DNA of 32,812 nucleotides, from the NCBI GenBank assembly GCA_041577335.1, contig JBFGJH010000037.1, forward strand, positions 1 through 32,812, given 5' to 3'. The notes under the pieces were generated by a model that worked only from the letters and a program-made list of their open reading frames with translations, ran no database searches and was not told the DNA's origin. The stretch comes from Acidimicrobiia bacterium. GTDB taxonomy: Bacteria; Actinomycetota; Acidimicrobiia; Spongiisociales; JAENVV01. Made by a program: the position numbers and the translations under genes. Each line of letters opens with the position of its first letter. The first letter of the stretch is position 1. Of the stretch, positions 8,086 to 16,624 are shown piece after piece.

Positions 8086-11000
8086 CTAGGGCAGAACACC
8101 CGCCGTCGCGGCTAGGACGTTGATTGCTGCCGCCAGTGTGTCCGACAACCCGTCGGGGTTGGTGAGTGTCAGATCCCTGAGGCCGGTCGACGCGCCCAGG
8201 TCTGCCACTACCGTGATCTGGACGCGACCTCCCAGGTCCAGGGCGTCTGTGATGCTCACGCCTGTCCCTGACACCGTCCACGTGCCGCCCTCCTGGTAGC
8301 CACTGACAATGACGCGCATCACTTTCGTCTCACCTTGCATGATGCTGTTGCGGCTCACCCGAATCAGGTCGGGCGGAGTGCCCGACGGAGGTGCGAAACC
8401 GACAGCCTCTGCATCGACCACCAAACCGTCGATGATCGTCACCGTCTGTACGTCGTTGCCGGTAGTGAGCGTGTAGCCGGCCGGAGTCTCCACCGCGACT
8501 GTGGCGTCGCCCGGAGCGGCACCGGCCACGAGGAAATCGCCAGACGAGCTGGTGGCAACGACATGCTCTGTACCCACTGCGTCGGTCACGGTGACCTCCA
8601 CCCCGGCCAAGCCCCCCTCGGCGCCATCTTCAACGCCGTTGGCGTCGATGTCGTTGAACACTCGACCCGACACATCACCGATTGGCACCGGCTGGTAGCC
8701 AACCGCATCCGCCGCCACCGACGCGGCGTCGACGACGGTGATCGTTTGCACGGCGTTACCCGTCGACAAGGCATGACCCGTTGGAGTCGAAGCGGTCACG
8801 GTTGCGTCACCCGGCGTGACCCCTGTGAGGACGTAGTTGCCGTCCGAGTCGGTCACGGCATCGTGGACAGCGCTCCCGGCATCGGTCGCCGAGATGAGGA
8901 CCCCGGCCAGGCCGGTGTCGGCGCCGTCCTCGACTCCGTTGCCGTCGACGTCGGTGAACACATGGCCGGATATTTCACCGGCGCCAGCGCCTGCGACAAC
9001 TTCCACGGCGGCACCGAAGGTATCGGACAAGCCGTCGGGATTCGTAACCGTCACGTCGTGGGGCCCGAGATCAGCGTCGGCTGCTGCGTCGAGCGTCACC
9101 AACACCCGCCGGTCCGCTATGAGCGCCGCGCTGGTGACGGCGAGGCCGTTCCCCGAGAATTCCCACGTCGCTCCGGATTGATAATCGTTGACCAGGAATT
9201 CCACGGAGTCGGTCGTTCCCTGTGTGATCGAGTTGTCACCGCGCACCCGCCTGATGTCGGGGGGAGTCCCCGAAACCATCTGGTACCCAACCGGGCTGGC
9301 GCTGACCGAGCCACCATCGGGCACAGTCAGCACTTGGCTCGAATTGGCGGTCGTAAGGCTGAAGCCGGTCGGAGTCGCGTATGACACGGTCGCATCGCCT
9401 GAGGCGACGTCGGAAGAGAAGTCACCGTTGCCGTCGGTGACCTCGACGGTCACCCCCCCTACAGCGTCATTGATCGTCACGTTGACATTCGCCAAGCCAG
9501 TGTCAGCTCCATCTTCGACGCCGTTCCCGTCCAGATCTTGGAATACCCGGCCGACGACAGTTCCTACTGGGGGTGGCTCGTAGCCCACAGACCCGGCAAC
9601 GGTGGTTGCCCCTTCTGCAACAGCGACGACCTGTGCGTCGTTGCCGGTCGTGAGGCTATGTCCGGCCGGTCCTGTCACGGTGAGAGAAGCATCGCCAACG
9701 TCAAGGCCGAGAGCCACGTAGTTGCCGGCGAGGTTGGTAGTGACGTTGGTTGTCGAACCGCCGGCATCGATGATCGCGACTGCTACGCCGCCGAGCCCGG
9801 TGTCGGCGCCATCTTCGATTCCGTTCCCATCGAGGTCTGCGAATACCCGTCCCTCGATGCTGCCGGAAGGTCCAGAAGCAGGCTCGACAAAGTGGTGGTA
9901 TTGACCGAGGGTCACATCGCCAAGGGACTCCTCAACACCATTGGGCCATTTGATGACCAACGTCGCCGACGAGTCGGCTCCCACGCCGAACCATGCCACT
10001 CGCTGGTCGCCGCCCCCATGGGTAGGACCTGAATTGATCTCTCGTATTTGAGTGCCCTGAGCAGACGTCAATTCCAGCCTGGCACCGATACCGTCTCGGT
10101 TGGAATCGGTCCCCTGCACAGTGATCGCCACCCAGCCATTGGTACCGCCGTTGTTGCGATAGAGGCCATTGTTGTCGCCATAGTTGGCGACGTAGACATC
10201 CACCCAGCCGTCGGCATCGAAGTCGCTGATCGATGCAGCACGAGCCTTGCCGTCGTCGTCGAGACCGGAAGCCACCGAGACGTCAGTGAACGTGCCGTCT
10301 CCGTTGTTGTCCATGAACACGTTGGGCTGACCTGGGCCGATTTCGGAAGCGACGATGTACAGATCCTGGTCACCGTCGTTGTCATGATCGAAGAAGACCG
10401 AGCCCCACGAGAACTTGTCGCGCGTGAACTCGTCGACTCCCGACGCTATCGACACGTCGGTGAACCCAACCCCGCCGTTGTTCTCGAGCAATCTGGCGGG
10501 GATGCTGTTGGAGAAAGCAAAGTCGAGGAATCCGTCGTTGTTGTAGTCGCCGACGGCCAGCCCCATGCCGTTGAGGCTGGCGTCCGCGCCATAGGCAGCT
10601 GAAACCTCGACGAAGTCCCAGCCGTTTCCTCCGGCCTCGGGCCCGTCATTCCGCCAGAGCCGGTTTGGCTGGTATGCCGACTCGATGTTGTCGTTCACGA
10701 GGTAGAGATCCGAATCGCCGTCATTATCGATATCAACCCATGCGGCGGTGAACCCGAGCCCGTTGACTTCGGGACACGTAGCGGCTCCCTCACACAGGTA
10801 TGACGTGACTTCGGTGAACACGCCACCGCCTTCGTTGTGGAACAACCGATCCTGGTGGGTGTCGGTGTCGGCACACTCGAGATGTTTGGCTAGATAGACG
10901 TCGAGTAGGCCGTCCTGGTCGAAGTCTCCCCACGCAGAGGTGATCGCTCGGCCAAAGTCGGCAAGCCCGGCCATGGCCGTGGCATCGCTGAAGTCAGGAA

Positions 11001-11475
11001 TCCCGTCGGTGTTGGTGTCTCCGTCGTTTCGGAAGAGCGTGTTGCCGTTCCAGTTGGTCACGTAGAGGTCCTGATCGCCGTCGTTGTCGAAATCGACGAA
11101 GACCGCCGCATGGCTCGCTGCTGCGGAAGCGTCGACTCCGGCGGAGACCGCGACGTCCACGAAGTCGGGAAGGCCATCCGAGTTGGTATCACCCACGTTC
11201 CGGAAGAGTGCGTTGGCGCCCCCACGGTTGGTGACGTAGTGATCGACGTCACCATCGCCGTCCATGTCAGCCCACGCCGTCCCCGTGCCGATGGGTGGGC
11301 TACAGATGTTGCCCGTCGCATGATCAAAGTCCATGCCGACGGCTGCGGAAACCTCCGAATATGTACCGACTGCTCCAACTGGTGCTGCCACGAGACCGGC
11401 CGTTACCAGTGCCATGAGCGTCGCCAGCATCAGCCAGCGGCGTCGTCGAAGAGACGCCTGCGCAATCGAGTACAT
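8086..11475 (-). CDS. Secreted FG-GAP/CRTAC1 repeat + ASPIC/UnbV + SdrD-B-like repeat protein
   Basis: Signal peptide; many D(F/Y/I)DNDGDxDLY repeats; ASPIC-like SNRDGIGARLEL...WFGVG...IKWPNG; four GxxxGRVFxDxDGNGxxDxxDxGL domains; two TNPDG Ig-like domains; SD GGGAGG. Confidence 0.88.
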   Translation of the reverse strand: MYSIAQASLRRRRWLMLATLMALVTAGLVAAPVGAVGTYSEVSAAVGMDFDHATGNICSPPIGTGTAWADMDGDGDVDHYVTNRGGANALFRNVGDTNSDGLPDFVDVAVSAGVDASAAASHAAVFVDFDNDGDQDLYVTNWNGNTLFRNDGDTNTDGIPDFSDATAMAGLADFGRAITSAWGDFDQDGLLDVYLAKHLECADTDTHQDRLFHNEGGGVFTEVTSYLCEGAATCPEVNGLGFTAAWVDIDNDGDSDLYLVNDNIESAYQPNRLWRNDGPEAGGNGWDFVEVSAAYGADASLNGMGLAVGDYNNDGFLDFAFSNSIPARLLENNGGVGFTDVSIASGVDEFTRDKFSWGSVFFDHDNDGDQDLYIVASEIGPGQPNVFMDNNGDGTFTDVSVASGLDDDGKARAASISDFDADGWVDVYVANYGDNNGLYRNNGGTNGWVAITVQGTDSNRDGIGARLELTSAQGTQIREINSGPTHGGGDQRVAWFGVGADSSATLVIKWPNGVEESLGDVTLGQYHHFVEPASGPSGSIEGRVFADLDGNGIEDGADTGLGGVAVAIIDAGGSTTNVTTNLAGNYVALGLDVGDASLTVTGPAGHSLTTGNDAQVVAVAEGATTVAGSVGYEPPPVGTVVGRVFQDLDGNGVEDGADTGLANVNVTINDAVGGVTVEVTDGNGDFSSDVASGDATVSYATPTGFSLTTANSSQVLTVPDGGSVSASPVGYQMVSGTPPDIRRVRGDNSITQGTTDSVEFLVNDYQSGATWEFSGNGLAVTSAALIADRRVLVTLDAAADADLGPHDVTVTNPDGLSDTFGAAVEVVAGAGAGEISGHVFTDVDGNGVEDGADTGLAGVLISATDAGSAVHDAVTDSDGNYVLTGVTPGDATVTASTPTGHALSTGNAVQTITVVDAASVAADAVGYQPVPIGDVSGRVFNDIDANGVEDGAEGGLAGVEVTVTDAVGTEHVVATSSSGDFLVAGAAPGDATVAVETPAGYTLTTGNDVQTVTIIDGLVVDAEAVGFAPPSGTPPDLIRVSRNSIMQGETKVMRVIVSGYQEGGTWTVSGTGVSITDALDLGGRVQITVVADLGASTGLRDLTLTNPDGLSDTLAAAINVLAATAGVLP

Positions 11476-11628
11476 TCCCGCCCTCCCTTGTGTCGCTCCG
11501 CCCTTCGTGAGAAGCAGCCAAGCGCTTTACCCCGGTCGATGCGGACCACCGTCGCATCCGCAGTTTCACCATACACGGAATGGGAGTAGCCGGAAAGGTC
11601 TGGACGCTGAAGCAACGTTGGCTGCCAA

Positions 11629-13464
11629 CTAGACGGCTGGTTGGGCCTTCTTCTTGGCGATCCGCCGCTCACTCTCGGCAAGGTGGCGCTTGCGTATGCG
11701 AATGCTCGAAGGAGTGACTTCCACCAGCTCGTCGTCGCCGATCCACTCAATGGCATTTTCGAGGCTCAGGACCCGATGCGGCTTCAGCTTGATGGCGTCG
11801 TCAGCGCCTGACGCTCGCACGTTGGTGAGCTGCTTTGGCTTGGCAGGATTGGCCGTCATCTCCTCACTTCGGGCCGATTCGCCAACCACCATGCCCTCGT
11901 AGATGTTCACGCCGGGGCCGATGAAGAGCTCGCCACGTTTCTGGAGGTTGTCGAGGGCAAACCCCGTGGAAGTCCCTGCTCGATCGGAGATGATGGCACC
12001 GCCAGTTCGATGAGGAAGCTCACCAGCCCAAGGCATCCAGCCGGCGTGGTTCTGGTGGACCAGGGCTGTCCCGCGGGTCGCAGTCATCAAGAGGCTTCGG
12101 AAACCGATCAGGCCGCGCGAGGGAGCCTCGAGGATGACGATGGTACGACCCGCGTCGCCCGGGCGGAGGTCGGTGACCCGTCCCTTTCGAGGAGCCACGG
12201 CCTGGGTGATCGTCCCGACATGGTCGTCGGGCACGTCGACGATCGCCCGTTCCAGGGGTTCGTGCAGCTTCCCCTCGATGGTTCTCGTAATGACTTCCGG
12301 CCGGCTGACCTGAAGCTCAAAACCTTCCCGACGCATCGACTCGATGAGAACTGCGAGTTGCAGCTCTCCGCGCCCGGCAACTTCGATGACCTCCGGAGAC
12401 GACGTCTCGCCTATGCGGATCGACACGTTGCCGAGTACCTCCTTCTCCAACCGGTCCCGAATCTGGCGCGAGGTGAGCAGAGATCCTTCCTTACCGGCCA
12501 ATGGCGAGGTGTTGACACCGAAGGTCATCCGTAAGACGGGCTCGTCGACCGTGAGGCGAGGTAGCGGCTGCGGATCGTCCGGGTCGGCGAGCGTGTCGCC
12601 GATCTCCACCTCACCGAAGCCGGCTATGACGAAGAGGTCCCCGGCCATTCGATCATCGACCTCGATTCGATCAAGCCCGGAGAAACCCAACAACGTCGTG
12701 AGCCTCCGCTTGATCGGGGCTGTGTCTCTGCCATGGCACAGCGCAACCTGTTGACCCGATCGCAACGTTCCTGACACCACCCTTCCGATGGCGAGCCTGC
12801 CCAGATAGTCAGAGGCGTCGAGGTTGGTGACCAGCGCCTGGAGTGGGCCGTCGGCGTCGCCGGCCGGGGCGGGGATGGCGTCGACGATGGCTTGAAACAG
12901 CGCGTCGAGGTTGTCTCCGTCGGAAGGCATGGCAATCCCGGCAATCGCTGCTCCATCGCGGGCGATCGCCGAGACGATCGGAAAATCGATGTGATGGTCC
13001 GCCGCGTCGAGATCGAAAAACAGTTCGTAGATCTCGTCGGCGACGGCTTCTGGGCGAGCATCGGCACGATCGACTTTGTTGATGACGACGACAGCAGGCA
13101 AGTGAAGCTCGAGTGCCTTCGTCAAGACGTATCTCGTTTGCGGCATGGGCCCTTCGGCGGCGTCAACGAGGAGGAGCACTCCGTCGACCAACGCCAGCGC
13201 ACGCTCAACCTCCCCTCCGAAGTCGGCATGGCCGGGAGTGTCGACGAGATTGATGCGCGTCCCGTTCCACTCGACGGCCGTCGCCTTGGCGAGGATGGTG
13301 ATGCCGCGTTCACGCTCTTGGTCGTCGGAATCCATCACTCGATCGACGAGAGTTTCGTGATCGGAGAAGACACCGGTGGCGCGCAGCATTGCATCGACCA
13401 GCGTGGTTTTGCCATGGTCGACGTGCGCGATCAGTGCCACATTGCGAAAGGAGAGTCCCGACAT
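11629..13464 (-). CDS. typA: Translational GTPase TypA/BipA
   Basis: [50 protein letters not shown] and DDELVEVTP. Start trimmed to ATG 13464. Confidence 0.97.
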   Translation of the reverse strand: MSGLSFRNVALIAHVDHGKTTLVDAMLRATGVFSDHETLVDRVMDSDDQERERGITILAKATAVEWNGTRINLVDTPGHADFGGEVERALALVDGVLLLVDAAEGPMPQTRYVLTKALELHLPAVVVINKVDRADARPEAVADEIYELFFDLDAADHHIDFPIVSAIARDGAAIAGIAMPSDGDNLDALFQAIVDAIPAPAGDADGPLQALVTNLDASDYLGRLAIGRVVSGTLRSGQQVALCHGRDTAPIKRRLTTLLGFSGLDRIEVDDRMAGDLFVIAGFGEVEIGDTLADPDDPQPLPRLTVDEPVLRMTFGVNTSPLAGKEGSLLTSRQIRDRLEKEVLGNVSIRIGETSSPEVIEVAGRGELQLAVLIESMRREGFELQVSRPEVITRTIEGKLHEPLERAIVDVPDDHVGTITQAVAPRKGRVTDLRPGDAGRTIVILEAPSRGLIGFRSLLMTATRGTALVHQNHAGWMPWAGELPHRTGGAIISDRAGTSTGFALDNLQKRGELFIGPGVNIYEGMVVGESARSEEMTANPAKPKQLTNVRASGADDAIKLKPHRVLSLENAIEWIGDDELVEVTPSSIRIRKRHLAESERRIAKKKAQPAV

Positions 13465-13510
13465 GGGAGAGGAATGGTAGCCGGACTGCTGACCCAGCCG
13501 ACCGGCGCAG

Positions 13511-13765
13511 CTAGACGTCCGTGAGAGTGGCGGCAGTCTTCTCGGCCAGCTCGGCGTCTGTCGGTTCTGTGAGGTGCGTTCCATCGGGAAACACAATCAC
13601 AGGGATGATCTGGCGACCGCCGGTTCGCCGCAGTACTTCACTCATCTGGTCAGGCTGCGCGACGAGATCGACATATCGGTAGGCGACGTCGAACCGATCG
13701 AAATACGACTTGGCACGCCGACAGTCGCCACACCAGTCGGCGCCATACATCGTTATTTCAGACAT
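13511..13765 (-). CDS. Glutaredoxin/mycoredoxin-like protein
   Basis: ITMYGADWCGDCRRAK, IPVIVFPDGTHLTEP; start ATG 13765 after SD GGAG. Confidence 0.9.
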   Translation of the reverse strand: MSEITMYGADWCGDCRRAKSYFDRFDVAYRYVDLVAQPDQMSEVLRRTGGRQIIPVIVFPDGTHLTEPTDAELAEKTAATLTDV

Positions 13766-13869
13766 CCGAACTCCGGGAGACGACCATACAGGCGGTAAAA
13801 CCAAACCGCCGACGAACAAATTCCCGACCGGGGTGGAACGGCTGCCGCCCTCCCCGGATAATCGGTACG

Positions 13870-14271
13870 TCAGTAGCAGGCTGCGTTCTCAGATGCCGGT
13901 TGCTTGCCGTCGGCGAGAACGGTGTAGTACTCCCATTCCATCCCGTCCGGGTCGTTGAGCCAGAACTTGTTTTGCACGGCGTAACAGCAATCGACTTCGG
14001 TTTCCTCAGAGGCGACCTCGAGGCCGGTTGATGAGACCCGCTCGTGATTGGTCACCACCTCGTCGGTCGAGAACACTTCGACACCGAGATGGTTGAGGCT
14101 GCCACCTGAGCCAGGCTGCTCGATGAGCACGAGCTTGAGACTCGGATCGTCGAGGGCGAAGTTGGCGTAGCCGGGCCGTTCCTTGGCGGGGCCTTGACCA
14201 AACAGCTTCGTATAGAAGGCCGTTGCCTCACCGATGTCATTCACGTTCAGTGCCAGTTGTAGGCGACCCAT
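13870..14271 (-). CDS. ArsI/CadI-family VOC metalloenzyme
   Basis: MGRLQLALNV, PGYANF, LNHLG, vicinal DCCYAVQNKFW and DPDGMEWEYY; SD GGAAGGAG. Confidence 0.93.
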   Translation of the reverse strand: MGRLQLALNVNDIGEATAFYTKLFGQGPAKERPGYANFALDDPSLKLVLIEQPGSGGSLNHLGVEVFSTDEVVTNHERVSSTGLEVASEETEVDCCYAVQNKFWLNDPDGMEWEYYTVLADGKQPASENAACY

Positions 14272-14303
14272 GATTCTCCTTCCAAGGAATCTCGTGTGAG
14301 ATA

Positions 14304-14337
14304 TATTGACACTTGTCTATATAGATGTCAATCGATA
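14304..14337. promoter_or_regulatory. Tandem ArsR-type operator boxes between divergent arsI/cadI and arsR
   Basis: Two 7-4-7 inverted repeats with one mismatch each: TATTGAC-ACTT-GTCTATA (14304-14321) and TATAGAT-GTCA-ATCGATA (14320-14337). Confidence 0.75.
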
Positions 14338-14681
14338 TAATGTCCACGATCATGAGCGCATGCTGCGAACCCACCATCACCAACGTGTTGCATCAAGCCG
14401 ATGCTGACGACCTTGCCCGTCGCCTGAAGGCGGTATCCGACCCCACCCGGCTGAAGCTGATTTCAATGCTTGCCCACCTGCCGGGCCTCGAAGCCTGCGT
14501 GTGCGACATAACGGAGGCGCTCGGTGTCAGTCAGCCGACCGTATCGCACCACTTCAAGGTCCTCGCCGAAGCCGGGCTCGTTGACCGGCGTAAAGACGGC
14601 ACATGGGTGCATTACCGCCTGCGCCCCCAAGCGTTCGAAGATCTGACCATCGCCCTCTCGATTCCCGCCCCTGTGGCATGA
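14325..14681 (+). CDS. arsR: ArsR/SmtB-family As(III)-sensing repressor (true start probably ATG 14352)
   Basis: LKAVSDPTRL, EACVCDI, SQPTVSHHFKVL, RKDGTWVHY; N-terminal CC pair. Confidence 0.92.
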   Translation: MSIDIMSTIMSACCEPTITNVLHQADADDLARRLKAVSDPTRLKLISMLAHLPGLEACVCDITEALGVSQPTVSHHFKVLAEAGLVDRRKDGTWVHYRLRPQAFEDLTIALSIPAPVA

Positions 14682-14683
14682 GA

Positions 14684-14712
14684 AGAAAGGCACCGCATTG
14701 CGGTGCCTTTCT
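14684..14712. terminator. Bidirectional terminator-like hairpin
   Basis: Perfect 14-bp inverted repeat AGAAAGGCACCGCA-T-TGCGGTGCCTTTCT between convergent genes. Confidence 0.8.
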
Positions 14713-14733
14713 CCGGTTGGTTGTGTCGGTCGT

Positions 14734-15639
14734 TCAGGGGAGGTCGATCACCCGAATCGACACGACTCCGACAGCGGAGCCACTGCCGTCTGATACGCGG
14801 TACGTGAATGTATCCGTACCAACGAAACCTGCATTGTGCGTGTAAGTGAATGAGCCGTCGGCGTTGAAGACGATGGTCCCATTCGCCGGGCCGGTCTCGA
14901 GGCTGGCCGTGAGAGGGTCACCCTCGGGATCAGAGTCGTTGGCGAGCACTCCCGGCAACACAAACAGCCCGGCCCCTCCAACAGTCAGCACGTTGCCCAC
15001 GATGGTTCCGTAGATGTCATCTCGCGGCAGGGGGGGCTCATTCGGGATGACTGCCTCGATCGTGGCCTGGGCAACCGATGTCTCAATGCCGTCCGATACC
15101 GATACCGATACGAGGTAGGGGCCGACGACGTCGGGCACGAGCGTCGCGGACGCTCCGGACCCGGTGATGCCGGCAGTGGATAGCGCAGGCACGGAGTCAA
15201 GCGACCAGACAAACGTGAGTGCGTCGCCATCGACGTCGGAGGAACCGGAAGCGTCCAGTACGACCAACGAGCCGAGGTCCATGGTGGCCGGCGCAGTCAA
15301 GGCAGCAACGGGAGCAGAATTAGCCGCGGCTCCCTCATCCGTCTCGTCGGCGTCATCGGACGAGTCATCGTCGTCGGACCGATCGTCGTCATTGTTGGCC
15401 CAGCTGGGTGGGCCGTGACGGGGCTCGCCTCGGGCACCTCGGTCTGTGCCGATATGCTTGCCGTTGTTGGACTTGTTGTCCCTCTTGGACTTCTTGTCCG
15501 TATTGGACTTGTCGTGGCCGTCGTGGTCGGACGCCGCAGACAGCTCGTCTTCCGAGAAGATGCTGTCGGAAGCGGCGGCCATCGGGGCGACGGAGAGCAG
15601 CAAGAGGGCTGCGATCAGTAATGACATGACTCTGGACAC
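14734..15639 (-). CDS. Secreted protein with PKD-like and Big_9/cadherin-like Ig domains
   Basis: Signal peptide; D/K/N-rich linker; NSAPVA...LDASGSSDVDGDALTFVWS; NEPP...DD.Y...GVLANDSDPEGDPL...DGSFTYT...GFVGTDTFTYRVSDG; SD GGGAGG. Confidence 0.85.
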   Translation of the reverse strand: MSRVMSLLIAALLLLSVAPMAAASDSIFSEDELSAASDHDGHDKSNTDKKSKRDNKSNNGKHIGTDRGARGEPRHGPPSWANNDDDRSDDDDSSDDADETDEGAAANSAPVAALTAPATMDLGSLVVLDASGSSDVDGDALTFVWSLDSVPALSTAGITGSGASATLVPDVVGPYLVSVSVSDGIETSVAQATIEAVIPNEPPLPRDDIYGTIVGNVLTVGGAGLFVLPGVLANDSDPEGDPLTASLETGPANGTIVFNADGSFTYTHNAGFVGTDTFTYRVSDGSGSAVGVVSIRVIDLP

Positions 15640-15784
15640 GTTGGAGACCCTCCCGGGGTAATTGTGTTCTCAATCAGTAATCGTCACTTTCCGCACCAAA
15701 TCTTGAGCGCGTAACCACAGAAAGTGGTCGTAATGCTCTAGTGCCCAGCCGGCGCGGCTTCGATGTCCCGCCGTTCGCAGCCCC

Positions 15785-15879
15785 ACGGACAGGAACTCGA
15801 CCGAGTCCTGATCGGATCGAAACCCCGGCAGAGAGGTCGCACGAACAGGAAACCGACCGAACCCGGATTCGGTCGAAAC
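15785..15879. repeat. Tandem pair (56-bp period) of ACGRACAGGAA plus 24-nt hairpin
   Basis: acggacaggaactcgaccgagtcctgatcggatcgaaac (15785-15823) versus acgaacaggaaaccgaccgaacccggattcggtcgaaac (15841-15879). Confidence 0.75.
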
Positions 15880-15885
15880 ACTGTC

Positions 15886-15933
15886 GCAGCGACCGCGTCG
15901 GTGCTGCACCCACCATGAGCGCGGCCGAAGGGC
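15886..15933. repeat. 48-bp intergenic repeat, copy 1
   Basis: gcagcgaccgcgtcggtgctgcacccaccatgagcgcggccgaagggc; 2 mismatches to copy 2. Confidence 0.9.
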
Positions 15934-16087
15934 CCCTCAACCGGAACGAAGCCACGCCGAAAGCGGGGCGCAGCTCGACCGACCGGCGTCTGTTCGGGCT
16001 CAGCGTGACACCCCGGAACCCCGACCCTCACCTCAACCAAAAATCGTCGGAGCGGTAAGGCTCCCGCCGTCCACTCCGACGGGAGCG

Positions 16088-16135
16088 GCAGCGACCGCGT
16101 CGGTGCCGCACCCACTATGAGCGCGGCCGAAGGGC
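16088..16135. repeat. 48-bp intergenic repeat, copy 2 (downstream of tRNA-Ser(TGA))
   Basis: gcagcgaccgcgtcggtgccgcacccactatgagcgcggccgaagggc. Confidence 0.9.
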
Positions 16136-16184
16136 CGCTCGACCAGATACCCGCTCGGATCCTGATCCGAGCGGCCGAGCCTTG

Positions 16185-16272
16185 CGGAGGGAGTGGGATT
16201 CGAACCCACGGGACCCGCTAGGAGCCCACCAGTTTTCAAGACTGGCGCCTTCGACCGCTCGGCCATCCCTCC
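16185..16272 (-). tRNA. tRNA-Ser(TGA), CCA not encoded
   Basis: GGAGGGA acceptor; anticodon arm CCAGT-CTTGAAA-ACTGG; long variable arm; GGTTCGAATCC; G73. TACAAT -10 at 16280-16285. Confidence 0.97.
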
Positions 16273-16289
16273 GACAGAGATTGTAGAGG

Positions 16290-16345
16290 GCACAGCGATT
16301 CGCGGTTAGCAGTTCGCTGTTAGCAATCAGCAACTAGCGGCGAGC
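16290..16345. repeat. Degenerate heptamer tandem repeat (8 units ending in GC)
   Basis: gcacagc gattcgc ggttagc agttcgc tgttagc aatcagc aactagc ggcgagc. Confidence 0.7.
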
Positions 16346-16394
16346 GCCGGGGAGGTTGAGGGGAAAGGCTCCGCCGGCCCCTCAACGGTGGTTC

Positions 16395-16442
16395 GCAGCG
16401 ACCGCGTCGGTGCGAACCACAACATGAGCGCCGCCGAAGGGC
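16395..16442. repeat. 48-bp intergenic repeat, copy 3 (downstream of tRNA-Ser(GGA))
   Basis: gcagcgaccgcgtcggtgcgaaccacaacatgagcgccgccgaagggc. Followed by agccacgccgaaggcggggcgcagctcgaccga, which also follows copy 1. Confidence 0.88.
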
Positions 16443-16516
16443 GGCACGAACAGAACCGAGCCACGCCGAAGGCGGGGCGCAGCTCGACCGAATCCTGATT
16501 CGGTCGAAGCCTTCCG

Positions 16517-16607
16517 CGGAGGGAGTGGGATTTGAACCCACGAAGAGGCGTAAACCCCTTACACGCTTTCCAGGCGTGCGCACTAGGCCAGACTATGCGA
16601 TCCCTCC
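16517..16607 (-). tRNA. tRNA-Ser(GGA), CCA not encoded
   Basis: Anticodon arm CACGC-CTGGAAA-GCGTG; long variable arm; GGTTCAAATCC; G73. Confidence 0.97.
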
Positions 16608-16624
16608 CGGGCGACTTAGTGTAA

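Noticed and set aside
11476..11628. Riboswitch in the leader of the FG-GAP protein
   Set aside because: Only one hairpin (GATGCG...CGCATC); no recognisable aptamer consensus.
16185..16272. Selenocysteine or suppressor tRNA
   Set aside because: The anticodon is UGA (reads the Ser codon UCA), not UCA; it has a normal 7-bp acceptor stem and there are no sel genes.
15886..16442. Three 48-bp direct repeats as a CRISPR array
   Set aside because: Periods of 202 and 307 bp; the intervening DNA contains a tRNA and other repeats; no cas genes in the window.
15670..16583. Short ORFs with repeated peptides (GAAPTRSL, PFGRAH)
   Set aside because: These are translations of the non-coding repeats and tRNAs; no SD and no consistent frame.
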